A stretch of DNA of 64,000 nucleotides from Pelagomonas calceolata. Its lineage: Eukaryota. The DNA is taken from NCBI GenBank assembly GCA_918797485.1, contig CAKKNE010000003.1:4960001-5024000 (forward strand), written 5' to 3'. The notes below the pieces were generated by a model that searched no databases, had not been told where the DNA came from, and worked only from the letters and a program-made list of their open reading frames with translations. The position numbers and the translations under genes were made by a program. Shown here piece after piece: positions 37,588-49,264 of the stretch (position 1 is its first letter; each line of letters begins with the position of its first letter).

Positions 37588-38568
37588 ATGGGCCCGGCGT
37601 GCTCCAAGCCGCCCGGCGACATCGCCACCGCCGCCGGCGTGGCCCAGCTCCCGAAGATCCACGGCGGCGCGGTGCTGGACGCCTGGTGCGGCGGCGACAA
37701 CAGCGTCGTGACGGCGGGCGCCGACGGGCGCGTGGTGCTCTACGATGCGGCGGCAGGGACCGCGAAAACGCTCGGCGTGCACGCGGCGGCGGCGAACGGC
37801 GTGGCGGCCGCGCGGGATCGCGCCGGCGCCGTCTACACGTGCTCGCGCGACTTGAGCGTGCGGCGGTGGCCGCTGGCCCGCGGGCCGACGCAGGTCATCG
37901 AGGCGGCCCACGAGCTCGCCGTCACGGCCGTCACCGTCGCGGACGACGGGGCGACCGTCGCGTCCGGCTCACGCGACTACCGCGTGAAGACGTGGGACGC
38001 GGCGACGGGCGAAAACGCCGCGGCCGTCCGCGTGCCGCGAAACGTCGTGACGTGCATGTGCTGGCGGCCCACCACGCAGACCTTTGCGCAAGGGAGCGAG
38101 GACCTACGCCTCCGCGTCTGGGACGCGCGGGACCTGCGGCAGGCGGCGGCGCAGACGTTCGCGGGCTACGAGTTCTTCCCGCTCGCCGTCGCGTCGGCGG
38201 GCCCGCACCTCATCACGGCGTCGAAGGGTTTCGGCGGCGAGGGCGGCGAGGTGACACTGTGGGACGCGCGGCGCCCGGGGTCGGAGCCGCTCGCGGTGCT
38301 CCGCGGCCACGCGCAGGACGCGACGGGCGTGGCGTTCCTGCGGGGCGGCGCCGGTGCGGCCTCGGCGTCCAAGGACGGTCGCGTCAAGCTCTGGGACCTA
38401 GAGGCGGGAACGCTCTCGCGCGACGTCGACGCCGGCGGCGAAAGCCCCATGTACACGTCCGTCTGCGCCGCGCCGGGCGCCGCGACGGTCGCCGCCGTCG
38501 CGACGACGTTCCAGGGCGACGTCTTCTGCTTCGACAGGGAATTCCGGGTCGCCGCGGCCGTCGGCTAG
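37588..38568 (+). CDS. WD40-repeat protein (WDR31-like)
   Basis: SGSRDYRVKTWD, GSEDLRLRVWD and GH...SASKDGRVKLWD repeats. Confidence 0.85.
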   Translation: MGPACSKPPGDIATAAGVAQLPKIHGGAVLDAWCGGDNSVVTAGADGRVVLYDAAAGTAKTLGVHAAAANGVAAARDRAGAVYTCSRDLSVRRWPLARGPTQVIEAAHELAVTAVTVADDGATVASGSRDYRVKTWDAATGENAAAVRVPRNVVTCMCWRPTTQTFAQGSEDLRLRVWDARDLRQAAAQTFAGYEFFPLAVASAGPHLITASKGFGGEGGEVTLWDARRPGSEPLAVLRGHAQDATGVAFLRGGAGAASASKDGRVKLWDLEAGTLSRDVDAGGESPMYTSVCAAPGAATVAAVATTFQGDVFCFDREFRVAAAVG

Positions 38569-38629
38569 GTTTCTTTGGTCGTCGGCGACCCTGTCGCGTT
38601 TAGACCACGCCTCCCGAGCCGCTGGCACG

Positions 38630-38735
38630 TCTAGGTACAAATAACGGAAGATCGCCCGCTTCGGGTAGGATTTGGGCGTCATCGCCAGGTAGACGGCCGC
38701 GTCGGAAATGACGTAGTGGAACGCAAAGGGTCCTT
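38630..38735 (-). pseudogene. Isolated longin-domain fragment resembling SEC22
   Basis: PFAFHYVISDAAVYLAMTPKSYPKRAIFRYL resembles the Sec22 longin motif FHY....YL....YPK..AF.YL. No flanking exons found. Confidence 0.55.
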
Positions 38736-39436
38736 TGCGCAAGGGGCCGGCACTCGACTATTTCGGCTACTGTAGTAGCGCCTCCCCTTTAATAGCCCGA
38801 AGTGGGAAACTTACTACGAATGGGCCCCAGGGGGTGCCCCACATTCTGGCGGAGTGTGGAGCCCAAAAAATGCGAGGGGGCGGAAGGGCCCCCACGCGAA
38901 CGTCGCGCCAGTGGCGTTTCGTGCCGCGTCAGGCGACCTTTTGGGCAACTATACACCAAAGGTTGCCGTGTTTGCGCATCCTACAGACGCCGCGGGTACC
39001 GAAGGGGACTTCGAGGGGGAAACCACCAGCATAGAAGCGAGTTTTGATTTCACCCCCTGAAAACCCGCGAGTTAAGCCAAATACCCGCACGTTAGGCCAT
39101 TTTGGGCACCTCACCCCATCCCGAGGGGGGCACCTCCGTGGCAAGCTAGTGTCGCCGTGTGCTTAGGATGCCCCTGGGACCCCAACGGGCGAAGACGCCT
39201 ACTTCGGGCTATCAATTGAAAATCTCACCAATTGGGGTGCCGGCCCCGTCTTTGCGCCGTAAATTCGGTTTACCCTGATTTCTCGGCGCGGAGGAGTCGT
39301 GGTCTATACTCGACAGTCGGCGACAAAGGGAGGACACTAGTACTGCTTTTAGGGGCCTGGTGCGCTCGTTCTTCTTCTTTCTTCGTACTCCGCCGGACGG
39401 CTCGCTTCTCGAGGACGCGTCGCGGCGGCAGGCCGC

Positions 39437-41425
39437 CTAGGCGGCGGCGGGGACCTCGTCGTGGAAGCAGGCGGCCTTGGCGATGGAAATGTCGCCGTAG
39501 GCGTGCGGCTGGTCGAGGGCGACGAAGTCCCAGGTCTTGAGGTGGAGGAGCTCGACGAAGGCCGAGGCGGCGGACCGCTTGTCGGCGCCCCGCGTGAAGG
39601 CGCCGAACGAGAGGGCGTCGCGGTCGGCGAGATGGTCGCGGAGGAGCGTCGCGACCTTGACGGTGTTGGGGTGCCACTCGCGGTCGTCGGTCGACGGGAC
39701 GATGCCGGACGCGGCCTCGTCGGCGTCGGGCTCGACGGCGTGGAGGTCGTCGACCCCGCCCGCGTCGAAGGATGCGGCGCCCGGCGGCGGGGCGAGCAAC
39801 GCGTCTTCGTCGTCGTCGTCGTCGACGAGAGGCGGCGGCGCGAGGCCCGCGAACGCGTCGTCGTCGTCGTCCGGCGGCGGCGCGAACGGCGGGGGCGCCG
39901 CGCCGTCGTCGTCGTAGCCGGCGAACGGCGCGGCACCGAGCGACGCGCCCTCGCCCTCGCCCTCGCCCTCGCCCTCGCCGCCGCCGCGCGCGACCTCGAC
40001 GTCGTCGTCGAAGCGCGCCGAGAAGCGCGCCGGCGCCGGCGCCGGCGCGGCCTCAGCGCCGCGGCGGTTGACCGGCAGCGCCGCGCGCGCGGAGGCGCCG
40101 TCGCCGCCGTGGAGGCGCGCCACGACGGCGGCGAGCTCGGGCGCCGCGGCGGGCGCGAGCCGGGGCGCGAGCGGGTCCGCGGGCGCCGCGGCGACCGCTT
40201 CGTAGCGCGGCCGCTTGACGTCGACGATGGCCGAGCGGTCGCGCATCCATCCCTTGATCGTGTCGGTGTCGAGCGCCGCGGCCGCGTCGGCGAGGTCGAC
40301 CGCGCGGCGCGGCCGGCGGCGCTTCGGACGCGGCGCCGCGGCGGGCGGCGCCGCGTCGACGTCCATGGGATCGCCGGAGCGATCGTCGGGCTGCGCCGCC
40401 GCCGCGCCGTCCTCGTCCATCGCCTCGAGCGCCGCGAGGTCGTCGACGGCGCCGAGGCTGCCCGAGGCCCGGGGGCCGAGGAGCCCCGCGTCCATGCCGT
40501 CGTCGTCGTCGAGCGGCGGCGGGGCGAACCCCATCTCGTCGTCGTCGTCGGCGCCGACGGCCGCGAGGTCCGCCGCGCCGACGGGCTCGAGGTCCACGAG
40601 CCCCGCGTCGTCGTCGTCGGGCCGGCCGAGGAACCGATCCGAGTCGCGGCCGCCGACGCTGAGGGGATTCGACTCGCGGTCCTCGGCGCCGCGCATGATC
40701 TCGATGCTCGACACGTCGGACCCGGGGCCGCCGCGCCGCGCGCGGCCGACGACGTCGTCGCCCGCGACCGACCGCGACCCGAGGCTGGCGGCCGCGAAGT
40801 CCTCCTCGTCGTCCGCGAGCGAGATGTCGCGCACGTGGCCGATGCGGTGCGTCGTCGTCGCCGCGGCCGCCCACTCGTCCGCGCGCGGGTCCGACGTCAG
40901 CTCCGACGGCCGGCCGCCGCCGCCCAGCGGCGCGTCGAGTTCGAAGTCGAGGTCCAGCTCGTCGAAGTTCGCCACCTGCCGAGGGGGGGGCGATTTGTCG
41001 CTCGCGCGAATCTCCGGGACGCGGACGCACGCGCCGTGATGGCCGCGTTCGACGCCACGACGCTCTCCGCGGGCAGGTCCACGACGCCGCCGCGGAACGC
41101 CATGCGGATCTTTACCATGGCCTCGTTGCAGTCGTTCATGAGGTAGGCGACCTGCGGGCGGCCTCGGTCGCGCGCCGCGCGCCCGAATCCGCCCGCGGCG
41201 GACGCCGGCCCGCGCCTTGCGCGCGTAGATGCGGACGACGCCGACGAAAAGGTTCGCCGACAGGCGCAGCGCCAGCGGCGCCGCCGGGTTCGCGATGGAC
41301 TCGACGACGGTCGCGATGTCCGTGCCGAAGATCATGGACCGCGTCACCTTCTTCTCCCAGGTCGCCGCCAGCCAGACGTGGGCGAACGGGCCGCTCTTGG
41401 CGAGGATGCTGTGGCTGTAAAACAT
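39437..41425 (-). CDS. RAD21: Cohesin alpha-kleisin RAD21/REC8 family; GC-AG introns 41152-41215 and 40976-41034
   Basis: [41 protein letters not shown] and C-terminal [11 protein letters not shown]...Q...YGDI. Confidence 0.9.
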   Translation of the reverse strand: MFYSHSILAKSGPFAHVWLAATWEKKVTRSMIFGTDIATVVESIANPAAPLALRLSANLFVGVVRIYARKARAGVRRGRIRARGARPRPPAGRLPHERLQRGHGKDPHGVPRRRRGPARGERRGVERGHHGACVRVPEIRASDKSPPPRQVANFDELDLDFELDAPLGGGGRPSELTSDPRADEWAAAATTTHRIGHVRDISLADDEEDFAAASLGSRSVAGDDVVGRARRGGPGSDVSSIEIMRGAEDRESNPLSVGGRDSDRFLGRPDDDDAGLVDLEPVGAADLAAVGADDDDEMGFAPPPLDDDDGMDAGLLGPRASGSLGAVDDLAALEAMDEDGAAAAQPDDRSGDPMDVDAAPPAAAPRPKRRRPRRAVDLADAAAALDTDTIKGWMRDRSAIVDVKRPRYEAVAAAPADPLAPRLAPAAAPELAAVVARLHGGDGASARAALPVNRRGAEAAPAPAPARFSARFDDDVEVARGGGEGEGEGEGEGASLGAAPFAGYDDDGAAPPPFAPPPDDDDDAFAGLAPPPLVDDDDDEDALLAPPPGAASFDAGGVDDLHAVEPDADEAASGIVPSTDDREWHPNTVKVATLLRDHLADRDALSFGAFTRGADKRSAASAFVELLHLKTWDFVALDQPHAYGDISIAKAACFHDEVPAAA

Positions 41426-41695
41426 GGTCGGTCCTGCGTAGTCGGTCCTGCGTAGTGCGCGCGCTCTGCTTCGCGCGCTTTTTGACTGGTTGCTAGTGTC
41501 TTACCGCTAGCCGAAAGCACGTTCAATTCTCCAGGCCTCTGGGGATTTGTGCGCGCGGCAACGGACAGCTGGGCACGCCATTTTCATATACAGCTGCACG
41601 ATGGCCAAGGAGCTTGCCAAGGATGGCGGCTGCCCAAGTATGTAGACCATGGTGGTCGCGGCGGGTGTCCGAACGAGCCTGGTCGTCTTAGAACA

Positions 41696-42974
41696 ATGTA
41701 CGTGGGGCCGTGGCAGGAGTACCGGGCCCTGGCGCGGGCGCGCCACGCCGAGGCGCTCTACGCCACGCGGGGCCCGGAGACCCAGGTGGCCGACGAGTTG
41801 GAGCGCCTGCGGCGGGCGCTGGAACTCGTGAGCGGCGAGCTTCCCGCGGACAAGGCGGCGAAGGTCCGCGAAGCGCTGGCGCCCGTCGCCGAGCCCGGGC
41901 CGCCTCCGCTCCCCGGTCTCTCCTGGAACCCGCGCGCGGCGCCGCGGCGACCGGCGCCCGTCGTCCGACCGGTCAAGCCGCCCCCGCACGTGCTGACGTC
42001 GCTACGCCTGGACGACGTTCGCGGCGGCGCGGCGACCTTTCTTCTCGGCACCCGCGCCCCGTCGACGGATGCTTCGACCGCCGGGAAGAACGCATCTGCA
42101 CACTCCGCACAGGCGCTTGGTCTCGCCGACTTCAAGAACGCCTTCTCGACGCCGCTCTCCTCGCGGGGCGGCCCGGCGGCGCGGCCGCTCTCGGCCCGGA
42201 GCGCGAGGTCCCAGGCTTGGTCCGAGCACCGGACGAGCCGAAGCGACGACCGGCGTCCTAGAGAGGGACATGCCACCGCGCGACCGCCGACGAGAGTCGC
42301 GCGCCGCAGGCGACTCGGGAGCGACGCCGCGAAGGACGTCGCTCGCGTCCAAGGTTGCCGGCGCGCGCCGGCGAAAACAGTTCGCGCGGGAACGGCGGCG
42401 GCCACCGGCGCCGCGGCCGACGCCCGAGGCGCGATCGGCGTACGATCGCGGCAAAACCGCGCAGTTCCGACGAGCGGAGCGCCTTGGGCGACGGATCCAT
42501 CTTGCCTCCCGTACGTGGTGCGAGGCGCCGTCCGGGTCCGGGCGCGAGCTCGCGCCGCGGGCGACCGCCGCGGCGCGACCGCCGCGGCCAACGGCGACGC
42601 CGGTCGAGCGCGCGCGCGGCCGGGTCGGGTCCATGCGCCGGGCGTACCTCGAGGGCGCTCGCCGCGGCGACGACGGTCCGCGGCGACCTTCCGTGCCTCT
42701 GCCGACGGTCGCGGCGCCGGCGGAATCCGCGCCTGCGCCCGGCGGTGCCATCGCAAAATTTGACCTCACGGCTGCCCAGATGGGCGCCGTCGCCAAGTAC
42801 TTTGGCGACGAATCCACGCCGCCGCCGCCAGTGGCGACGGTCGCGCCGGATACGCCGGCCGAGACCGTCGACGACCTTCTTAACTGGGCCGAGGGCCTCG
42901 AGGCACGCGAACGTGCGATGTCGCCCCCGCCCCGCCTCTCGCCGAGACGACGACGGGGAGATGAGTGGCTCTAA
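41696..42974 (+). CDS. Hypothetical protein, head-to-head with RAD21; putative introns 42017-42112 and 42201-42309
   Basis: ATG ORF MYVGPWQEY. The introns join it to the frame ending VDDLLNWAEGL...DEWL. Confidence 0.5.
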
Positions 42975-43408
42975 AATAAATCGAGGTAGGAATCTAACTA
43001 GCCTAGACCCCAGACTGAGACGTTGTATCCAAGTCAGACGAGCGAACTTGAACCGATACAGTCTCATACAGATGATACGGATACTCAGGCTAAGTTGAAC
43101 ATCGGTATGCTGTACCGTGTCGGCGTCTGGGTACCGATACCAGCGGGCCTCGAGGCCCCAAATCTGGCCGAGTCGAGACGACCGAGACGTTTAGACGCGC
43201 AGAGGGCTAGGGGGGAACGGGCGTGTCTAACCTCTAGAGGTAGACAAAATCGTCTAAGTCTGGGGTCTAGGCTAGTTAGATGTTAAGTGCATAAATCAAT
43301 GACCGCTGCTCTTCGCCGCTCCTGTCCCAGCCTGGGACTAAGGACGCTCGAACAATTAATAGCGCCCTCGCCGTTCACGCTAGGGACGCCAATTCGTACT
43401 TGGTTCCT

Positions 43409-44872
43409 TCAAGCACGCACGCGCGGCAAGAGATCTCCGTCGGACCACTTCATCTCCTCGACGACTTCGAGGCAGCACTGGGCCAGGTCCCCGACTGCCG
43501 CGCGTAATAGTTCCGGATCATCGTCGTAGCGCGGCGTCAGCATGAAGCCGCCGACTGGCACGAAGTAGGGCAACACGCCGGCCGCGGCGCACTTCTCCTT
43601 GAGAGCGACGTTCGCCACGCTTCGTTCCGCCAGACTCGAGTGCGCGAAGAGGCCGCCCCAGAGCGCGCCCTGGCCCTGCGTGAGCACCCGACCGCCGCTC
43701 TCCTCCCGCAGCGCGTCGAGGGCGGGCTTCACGGCGGCCTCGACGCGTCGCACGTCCGCGCGGAGCGACTCCAGTCTGTCGAGCAGCGACGCGGCGTTGC
43801 AGAGCGCCCTCACGGAGGACCCGGCGTAGGTGTGTGACTGGTACGCGGTCTGCGAGGCGGCGGCGAGCGCCGATGCGCCCTTCAGCAAGATAGCGCCGGA
43901 CAGCAAGTGCCCCGCGCCCCCGCCGACGGACTTGCCGAACGTTACGACGTCCGGCCGGAGGTCCCAACACTCGGTCAGAAAACAACCAGTGGCCCCGCGG
44001 GGGTCCTGCCCGTGCCTTCCGAGACCGCACATGACTTCATCGCAAACCACCGCCAGGCCTCGTCGCTTTGCCTCGGTCACGTAGGCCCGCAGCAACTGAG
44101 GGGGCCACGGCGTCGACGCGACACTCGAACCCCACTGCGGCTCGAACAGAACGACGCCGAGCTCGTGCTCGTACGCATCAAGATACTCGATGAACTCCGC
44201 TCGTAATCGCGCGTGAAAAGCGTCGTCGGATTCGTCCCGGAAGCGGAGGAAGGGCGACGGGACCGGATAGCGAACGGGATGGGTCAGGCCCTTGGCGGCC
44301 GCGCCCAAGGGGATGCCGCCACCTGGCGACGTCGAAGCAGGTCCGTGGTACGAAGAAGCGCCGCACGCCACCCGCGTCCGAGCCGCCGGCGCCGTCAAAT
44401 CAGCCCCGGGCTGCGTGACTTGTATGGCCATGTCGATGGCGGCGTGGACGGCGCTCGACCCCTCCGCCTGCAGGTTCACGCACCAGTCGTCCTCGGCCTG
44501 GGCCCAGCTCGGCAGGTGCGGCCGTAGCGCCGCCAAGAAGTCGTCGAGGCTTTTGGGCACGCCCGCCGACGTGTGTATGGACAGCGGCTCGGCCGGCTCG
44601 CCCCGCTCGAGCGCGCGGAACGCGCGCTGCTCGATCTCGAACCCGTCTCTCAGGACCTCGGCCAAGTTCGCGCCGCCCAAGATTTCCGACGACGCGCCGC
44701 CGAGGACTCGAACCGCCCGGTCCTCGCCGCGCCAGGCGAACCGCATGCCCTGCTTGGTCTCGACGGCGGGCATGTGCTTGCCCAGCGCGTAGCGACCGGC
44801 GAACCGGGCCCTCGCGTCGGACGAGAAGCGCGCAAGTGTTCGGCGCGGCCGCACGCGGAAAGTGATGCGCAT
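43409..44872 (-). CDS. Class III PLP-dependent aminotransferase with an Arg-rich presequence-like N-terminus
   Basis: EGSSAV, SYHG, FEPQWG, CDEVMCGLGRHG, PDVVTFGK and SHTYAG. Confidence 0.88.
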   Translation of the reverse strand: MRITFRVRPRRTLARFSSDARARFAGRYALGKHMPAVETKQGMRFAWRGEDRAVRVLGGASSEILGGANLAEVLRDGFEIEQRAFRALERGEPAEPLSIHTSAGVPKSLDDFLAALRPHLPSWAQAEDDWCVNLQAEGSSAVHAAIDMAIQVTQPGADLTAPAARTRVACGASSYHGPASTSPGGGIPLGAAAKGLTHPVRYPVPSPFLRFRDESDDAFHARLRAEFIEYLDAYEHELGVVLFEPQWGSSVASTPWPPQLLRAYVTEAKRRGLAVVCDEVMCGLGRHGQDPRGATGCFLTECWDLRPDVVTFGKSVGGGAGHLLSGAILLKGASALAAASQTAYQSHTYAGSSVRALCNAASLLDRLESLRADVRRVEAAVKPALDALREESGGRVLTQGQGALWGGLFAHSSLAERSVANVALKEKCAAAGVLPYFVPVGGFMLTPRYDDDPELLRAAVGDLAQCCLEVVEEMKWSDGDLLPRVRA

Positions 44873-44971
44873 TGCTTTCTATTTAATTACTGCAAACTCG
44901 CTCTTGCTGATCTCGGTACGAGGTAGTGCCTGTATCAGAGCTAGTGTCTTACAGTCGCTAGTTCGTGGAAG

Positions 44972-44974
<3 letters not shown>

Positions 44975-45009
<35 letters not shown>
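44975..45009. repeat. (CT)n microsatellite
   Basis: About 17 CT units, seen directly. Confidence 0.95.
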
Positions 45010-45011
<2 letters not shown>

Positions 45012-45358
45012 GAGCTGTCCCCCGCGAGCGTAACCTCGTGTGCGTGGGCGGGCGCCTTTTTCAAGTTCAAGTTGGTGAGGCGGCCGCCGGCGGCCGGAGC
45101 GCCGCCGCCGCCGGGGGAGACTTGCAGCCTGAGTAGTAAGGGATTTATTTTGTATACTTTATGTCCCATCCTGGCGGATGATACATAAAGCATACATACA
45201 ACTAATAAAAATAAGACAAAAAAAGTGATACCGTGACAAAAATCGCCAAAATATTTTAACCGTTGGCATTTATAGTCTCCCTGGCTCGCTCTTGCGTCCT
45301 CCGCCCGTCCTCGATGTCTAGTCTAATTGATTCTTAATTTCTTAATAGTATAATCAAT

Positions 45359-45832
45359 TCACAGCTCGGCCTCGGTCGGCGTGCACGTCTGGAGGCTGTC
45401 GATGGCGTGGATTGCGCCCGAGTCAAGCTCGTCGCGGATGCTCCGCATGACAAGCTGTTGGCGTTTGACGCGCGAAAGTCCCTCGAAAAGTGCAGAGACC
45501 TGTGTGCAAACCACTCCGTGTGTTGAAGCCGTCGAAAGTGCCCTGGCAGAATACGCAAACGATGGAGACGTGCGTGCCATTTGGGTCGTCCTCCGAGTTG
45601 GTGACCTGCGGTATCCATTTCTCTCCATGCGGCCAACGCTGGTTTTATCTACGCGGTGGGCGACCCTCAACGACGTGGGCTCCAACGCCGCCGTGATCTT
45701 CTCCTCGCACCGCGCCACGCTTCCCGCGGCCGTTCGAACGACGGCGCCGGCGCGCGGCCTCAGGGGGCGGCGGACCAATAAAGCGCCGCTGTACTGCGTG
45801 ACGAGGAAGGCGTGGAGCAAGGTCGCACGCAT
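45359..45832 (-). CDS. BolA-family protein with a signal/transit peptide; GT-AG introns 45606-45664 and 45500-45554
   Basis: The spliced product reads KITAALEPTSLRV-TNSEDDPNGTHVSIVC-VSALFEGLSRVKRQQLV...IHAI. Confidence 0.88.
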   Translation of the reverse strand: MRATLLHAFLVTQYSGALLVRRPLRPRAGAVVRTAAGSVARCEEKITAALEPTSLRVAHRVDKTSVGRMERNGYRRSPTRRTTQMARTSPSFAYSARALSTASTHGVVCTQVSALFEGLSRVKRQQLVMRSIRDELDSGAIHAIDSLQTCTPTEAEL

Positions 45833-46150
45833 GCTTTGACGGGGCGAATTCAGCTAGCGCGCGAGCAAAGGTGGGCCGAGCAGCGTTTGCTCGTACGGTA
45901 CGTAACAGTCCTTGGTTGCAGACAGCGGCAACACTACTAAAGTCCTTACGAGCAGGGCTCGTAGCAAGTACCAAAAAGTACCTATCCCAGCTACCTTGCA
46001 TGCGGGCTCTTGAAGCGTGGGGTAAACCCCAGAGTCATAAAAACCATTCATCGCAAACGTAAAAGTCGCTGTAAACTCGCTTCAGACAATACCTTAGGTA
46101 GCCTGAGCAGATACGTAGATACCATAAAGCGCCACCGTGAGGGAAACAAC

Positions 46151-48625
46151 ATGGTGACCGCTCGGCAGATCCAGCAGCTGACGCGGCAGCGCCTCGAGGG
46201 GACGGTGCCGAGCTACCCCGAGCAGTGGCTCGAGGGGCCCATGGTGCGGCGCGAGCGGCGCATCATGAACCGCGGCGGCATCCTGTACGGCCGGCGGGCC
46301 AAGACGCTCCCGCGGCTCAAGCCCGGAGGGAGCGCGGAGGCGCCGGCGGCGGCGAAGAAGAAGCCGACGGACGCCGACGCGCGCCTCGCGGGACCGTCGG
46401 CCGAGGAGAAACGCGCGCGGACCGAGCGGGCGCTCGCCGTGATCGCCGCCGGCGGCGGCGCCGACGACCACGCGCTGCGCCTCCCCGTGCGACCGCTGGC
46501 GTGGCCCCGGGGCCGCGACGAGCAGCTCCAGACGGTCCGCGCGATCAAGCGCATGCTCCGGGAGCTCGACGCGCACCTGAAGAGCGCCTCGTCGACCCTT
46601 TCGGAGGCCCTGCCGCGGCGGTCGGTGACGGGCGACGGCCTCGTGAGCGTCGCGACGCTCCACGCGTGGCTGCGGTCCCTGACGCGCGCGGCGGACGAAA
46701 AGCGGGGCGGCGGCGCGCGCACGGCGTTCGACGACGACGCGCGCTTCGAGCGCCGGGCCGAGGCCGTGCGGAAGGAGTACGCCAAGGGCGCGCCGCTGCC
46801 GCCGGCGGTCGTCCGGGCCATGGTGGCCCTCCTCGACGGCGGCGGCACGGGCGTCGTCGCGCTCCGGGACCTGGTCGAGTGCTTCCGCGTGGCGACGCGC
46901 CTCGCAATCGACGCGGACGCGGAGGCACCGGCACCGCGAGGCGAGGCGACCGACGAGGCCAAGGAGGAGCGCGCGAAGGACGCGGCGGCGGTCGAGGACG
47001 CGGCAGTCGAGGACGACGAGCCCGTGGACCCCGAGCTCGCGTGGTGGATCGACGAGGAAGCCGAGGCGGCGGCCGCGCGGGCGAAAGCCGACGCCGACGC
47101 GGCGCTGGACAAGGCGGACGACCCGGCGCCGTCGCTCGCGGCGGGCGGCGCGTACGGCGCCGTCACCGAGGCCGACGTCCACGAGCTCGTCGACGTGCTG
47201 TTCTCCGAGCACGACGAGCTCTTGATCGAGGAGCTCGAGCGCGCGACGCGGGCGCTCCGTCGCGCGTGGGCCGTCGCGCACGCCGGCCACCGCTACGGCT
47301 ACGCCAACGAGGAGGACGCGGCGCGCGCGGAGAGTCTGCTCGAGGCGTCGTACGCGCACCAGCCGGGCGACTCGGCGTTCCTGCCGGCGCCGGGCGAGGA
47401 CGAGGCGCCGTTCGCCGCCGGGCCGCCCCTCCACGCGTCGCGCATCTTCGCGGCGCTCGAGCACTACCTTTTCGCCAGAGAGGGCATGCGCTTCATGGAG
47501 TTCGTCAAGCTGCACTGTCTGCCCTGCGGCTCGCTGTTCAACGAGGGGCGCGGCGTCGCGGACGCGTTCGCCACGGTCCACGAGGTGCGCCACGTGCTCT
47601 GTCGCCTCTTCGACGCCAGTTCCCGCGCGGACGCCGCGAGGTCCGCGCGCGACGCGTACAAGGCCGCCAGGGAGCGCCTCGACGCGCTCGAGGACGCCGC
47701 GCGGCAGCCGTCGGCGTCGACCTTCGAGCGGCACATGCGGCGGTCGGGCCTGGACGCCGCGTTCCGGAAGGTGGACGCGCTGATTCAGCGCCGCGGCATG
47801 AAGCTCAAGGAGGTCTGCGAGCTGCTCGACCAGGACGGCGAGGGGCGCTGCGACTCGAGTCGCCTCGCCGCCTTCCTCCAGGCCGTGGGCGTCCGGAAGC
47901 CGCCGCCCTCGTACGAAATTGCGCGGCGCAAACATGCGGAGCGCGAGGCCGCGGCCGCGGCCGCCGCGGCCGAGCGGCGACGCGAGGAGGCCGACTTCGC
48001 GGCGCGCATGCGCGCCGCGGAGGAAAGCGGGTGCGTCGCGAGCTTTGCGCTGATGGACCGGTACTTTAGCCGCTACCAGCTCAAGGCCGAGGACATCTGG
48101 ACGCACGGCCGCGCGAAGAAGACGACGGGCCTCGATCGCGCGGCGGAGTCGCACGAGGACGACTCGGACGCCGTCGGTCCCGACGAGTTCCACCGGATGC
48201 TCCAGACCGCCAAGGTCCACTTGTCGTCGGAGCAGGTCGCCAGGCTCGTGGCGTACCTCGACACGGACGGCTCGGGCAAGATCGAACACCGCGAGCTGCA
48301 GGCGGCCATGCTGGACTACCGCCGCTTCAAGCGCGCCAAGCAGCGCCTGGAGCTGCAGCGCGCTGAGCGCGAGCGGCGCCTCTTCCTGGACCGCCAGGTG
48401 CTGGTGCTGCTGCAATACCTAGTGCTCGTCGGCGGCGCGCGGGACGCGCCCGGAGACGCCGGCGAGGACCAGCCCGAGCAGTTCATCGAGGTCGCCGAGT
48501 TCCAGCGCGCCATCGGGCGCGCGAGCCACCTTCCGATCGCCCAGTACCTCCGCGGCGTCCGCGAGCGCCTCCATTCCGGCGCCTACAGGGGGCTCGCCGA
48601 GCTCAGGTCATCGGCGGCGACATAA
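46151..48625 (+). CDS. EF-hand calcium-binding domain protein
   Basis: EF loops DGGGTGVVALRDL, DQDGEGRCD and DTDGSGKIEHREL. Confidence 0.8.
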   Translation: MVTARQIQQLTRQRLEGTVPSYPEQWLEGPMVRRERRIMNRGGILYGRRAKTLPRLKPGGSAEAPAAAKKKPTDADARLAGPSAEEKRARTERALAVIAAGGGADDHALRLPVRPLAWPRGRDEQLQTVRAIKRMLRELDAHLKSASSTLSEALPRRSVTGDGLVSVATLHAWLRSLTRAADEKRGGGARTAFDDDARFERRAEAVRKEYAKGAPLPPAVVRAMVALLDGGGTGVVALRDLVECFRVATRLAIDADAEAPAPRGEATDEAKEERAKDAAAVEDAAVEDDEPVDPELAWWIDEEAEAAAARAKADADAALDKADDPAPSLAAGGAYGAVTEADVHELVDVLFSEHDELLIEELERATRALRRAWAVAHAGHRYGYANEEDAARAESLLEASYAHQPGDSAFLPAPGEDEAPFAAGPPLHASRIFAALEHYLFAREGMRFMEFVKLHCLPCGSLFNEGRGVADAFATVHEVRHVLCRLFDASSRADAARSARDAYKAARERLDALEDAARQPSASTFERHMRRSGLDAAFRKVDALIQRRGMKLKEVCELLDQDGEGRCDSSRLAAFLQAVGVRKPPPSYEIARRKHAEREAAAAAAAAERRREEADFAARMRAAEESGCVASFALMDRYFSRYQLKAEDIWTHGRAKKTTGLDRAAESHEDDSDAVGPDEFHRMLQTAKVHLSSEQVARLVAYLDTDGSGKIEHRELQAAMLDYRRFKRAKQRLELQRAERERRLFLDRQVLVLLQYLVLVGGARDAPGDAGEDQPEQFIEVAEFQRAIGRASHLPIAQYLRGVRERLHSGAYRGLAELRSSAAT

Positions 48626-48767
48626 ATTGCTTCCTCCGAGTACTCTGGGTAGATGATTTATACCGGGTGTCTATTTTGAAGTCAAGTTGACTACTGCGCC
48701 TCTACTAGTACCACTAGTACTAGTATGTCGCTAACGCGTACTACTAGTAGTACTAGTAACGCGGCCC

Positions 48768-48880
48768 GGGAATGCCCCTGTTGTGGAGACGGTTCCGAGA
48801 CGATCACTCATACTATATTTGATTGTCCCAAATTGGAGGACTCGGATGTCAGAAACGACTTCTGCCAGAAACTAGAAATC
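48768..48880 (+). mobile_element. LINE ORF2 C-terminal zinc-knuckle relic
   Basis: CPCCGDGSETITHTIFDCP matches the zf-RVT CxxC...E..H....C pattern, in AT-rich intergenic DNA. Confidence 0.6.
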
Positions 48881-49264
48881 ATCTTACCCGAGGGCGGGGA
48901 ACGTCACTGGCATAATAAGTTGATGTGTCTTTTTTTACATCACCTTTTTGATTAGAGGCCGATTGTCCTATGAGCAGCGAATATTTAGGGCTTAATTGGC
49001 CTCTAAAATAAAAAAAGTGGTGTAAAAAAGCACTCGACTTATATCATCATCTCAGTGCGCAACCTTGAGGACGTCGGGGGCTCGGACTTCAAGTTGGACC
49101 CAGACTCGGAGAGGTCAATGAAATGCTGAACCGTGGCAAATCAGACTAGCTCGGCCTCGTGGTAGTACACCACTTAACAGCGACAGCTACCTCGCTTGGC
49201 CTGTTGGACACTGGACTGAAACGTCTGGCGGGCTGTTCGCACACTTCCTTTGGGCACATCGTGA

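Noticed and set aside
11341..41215. Apparent frameshifts in CYP51, PCF11, WEE1 and RAD21 as pseudogenes or programmed frameshifts
   Set aside because: Each is resolved by a short GC-AG intron that restores conserved motifs.
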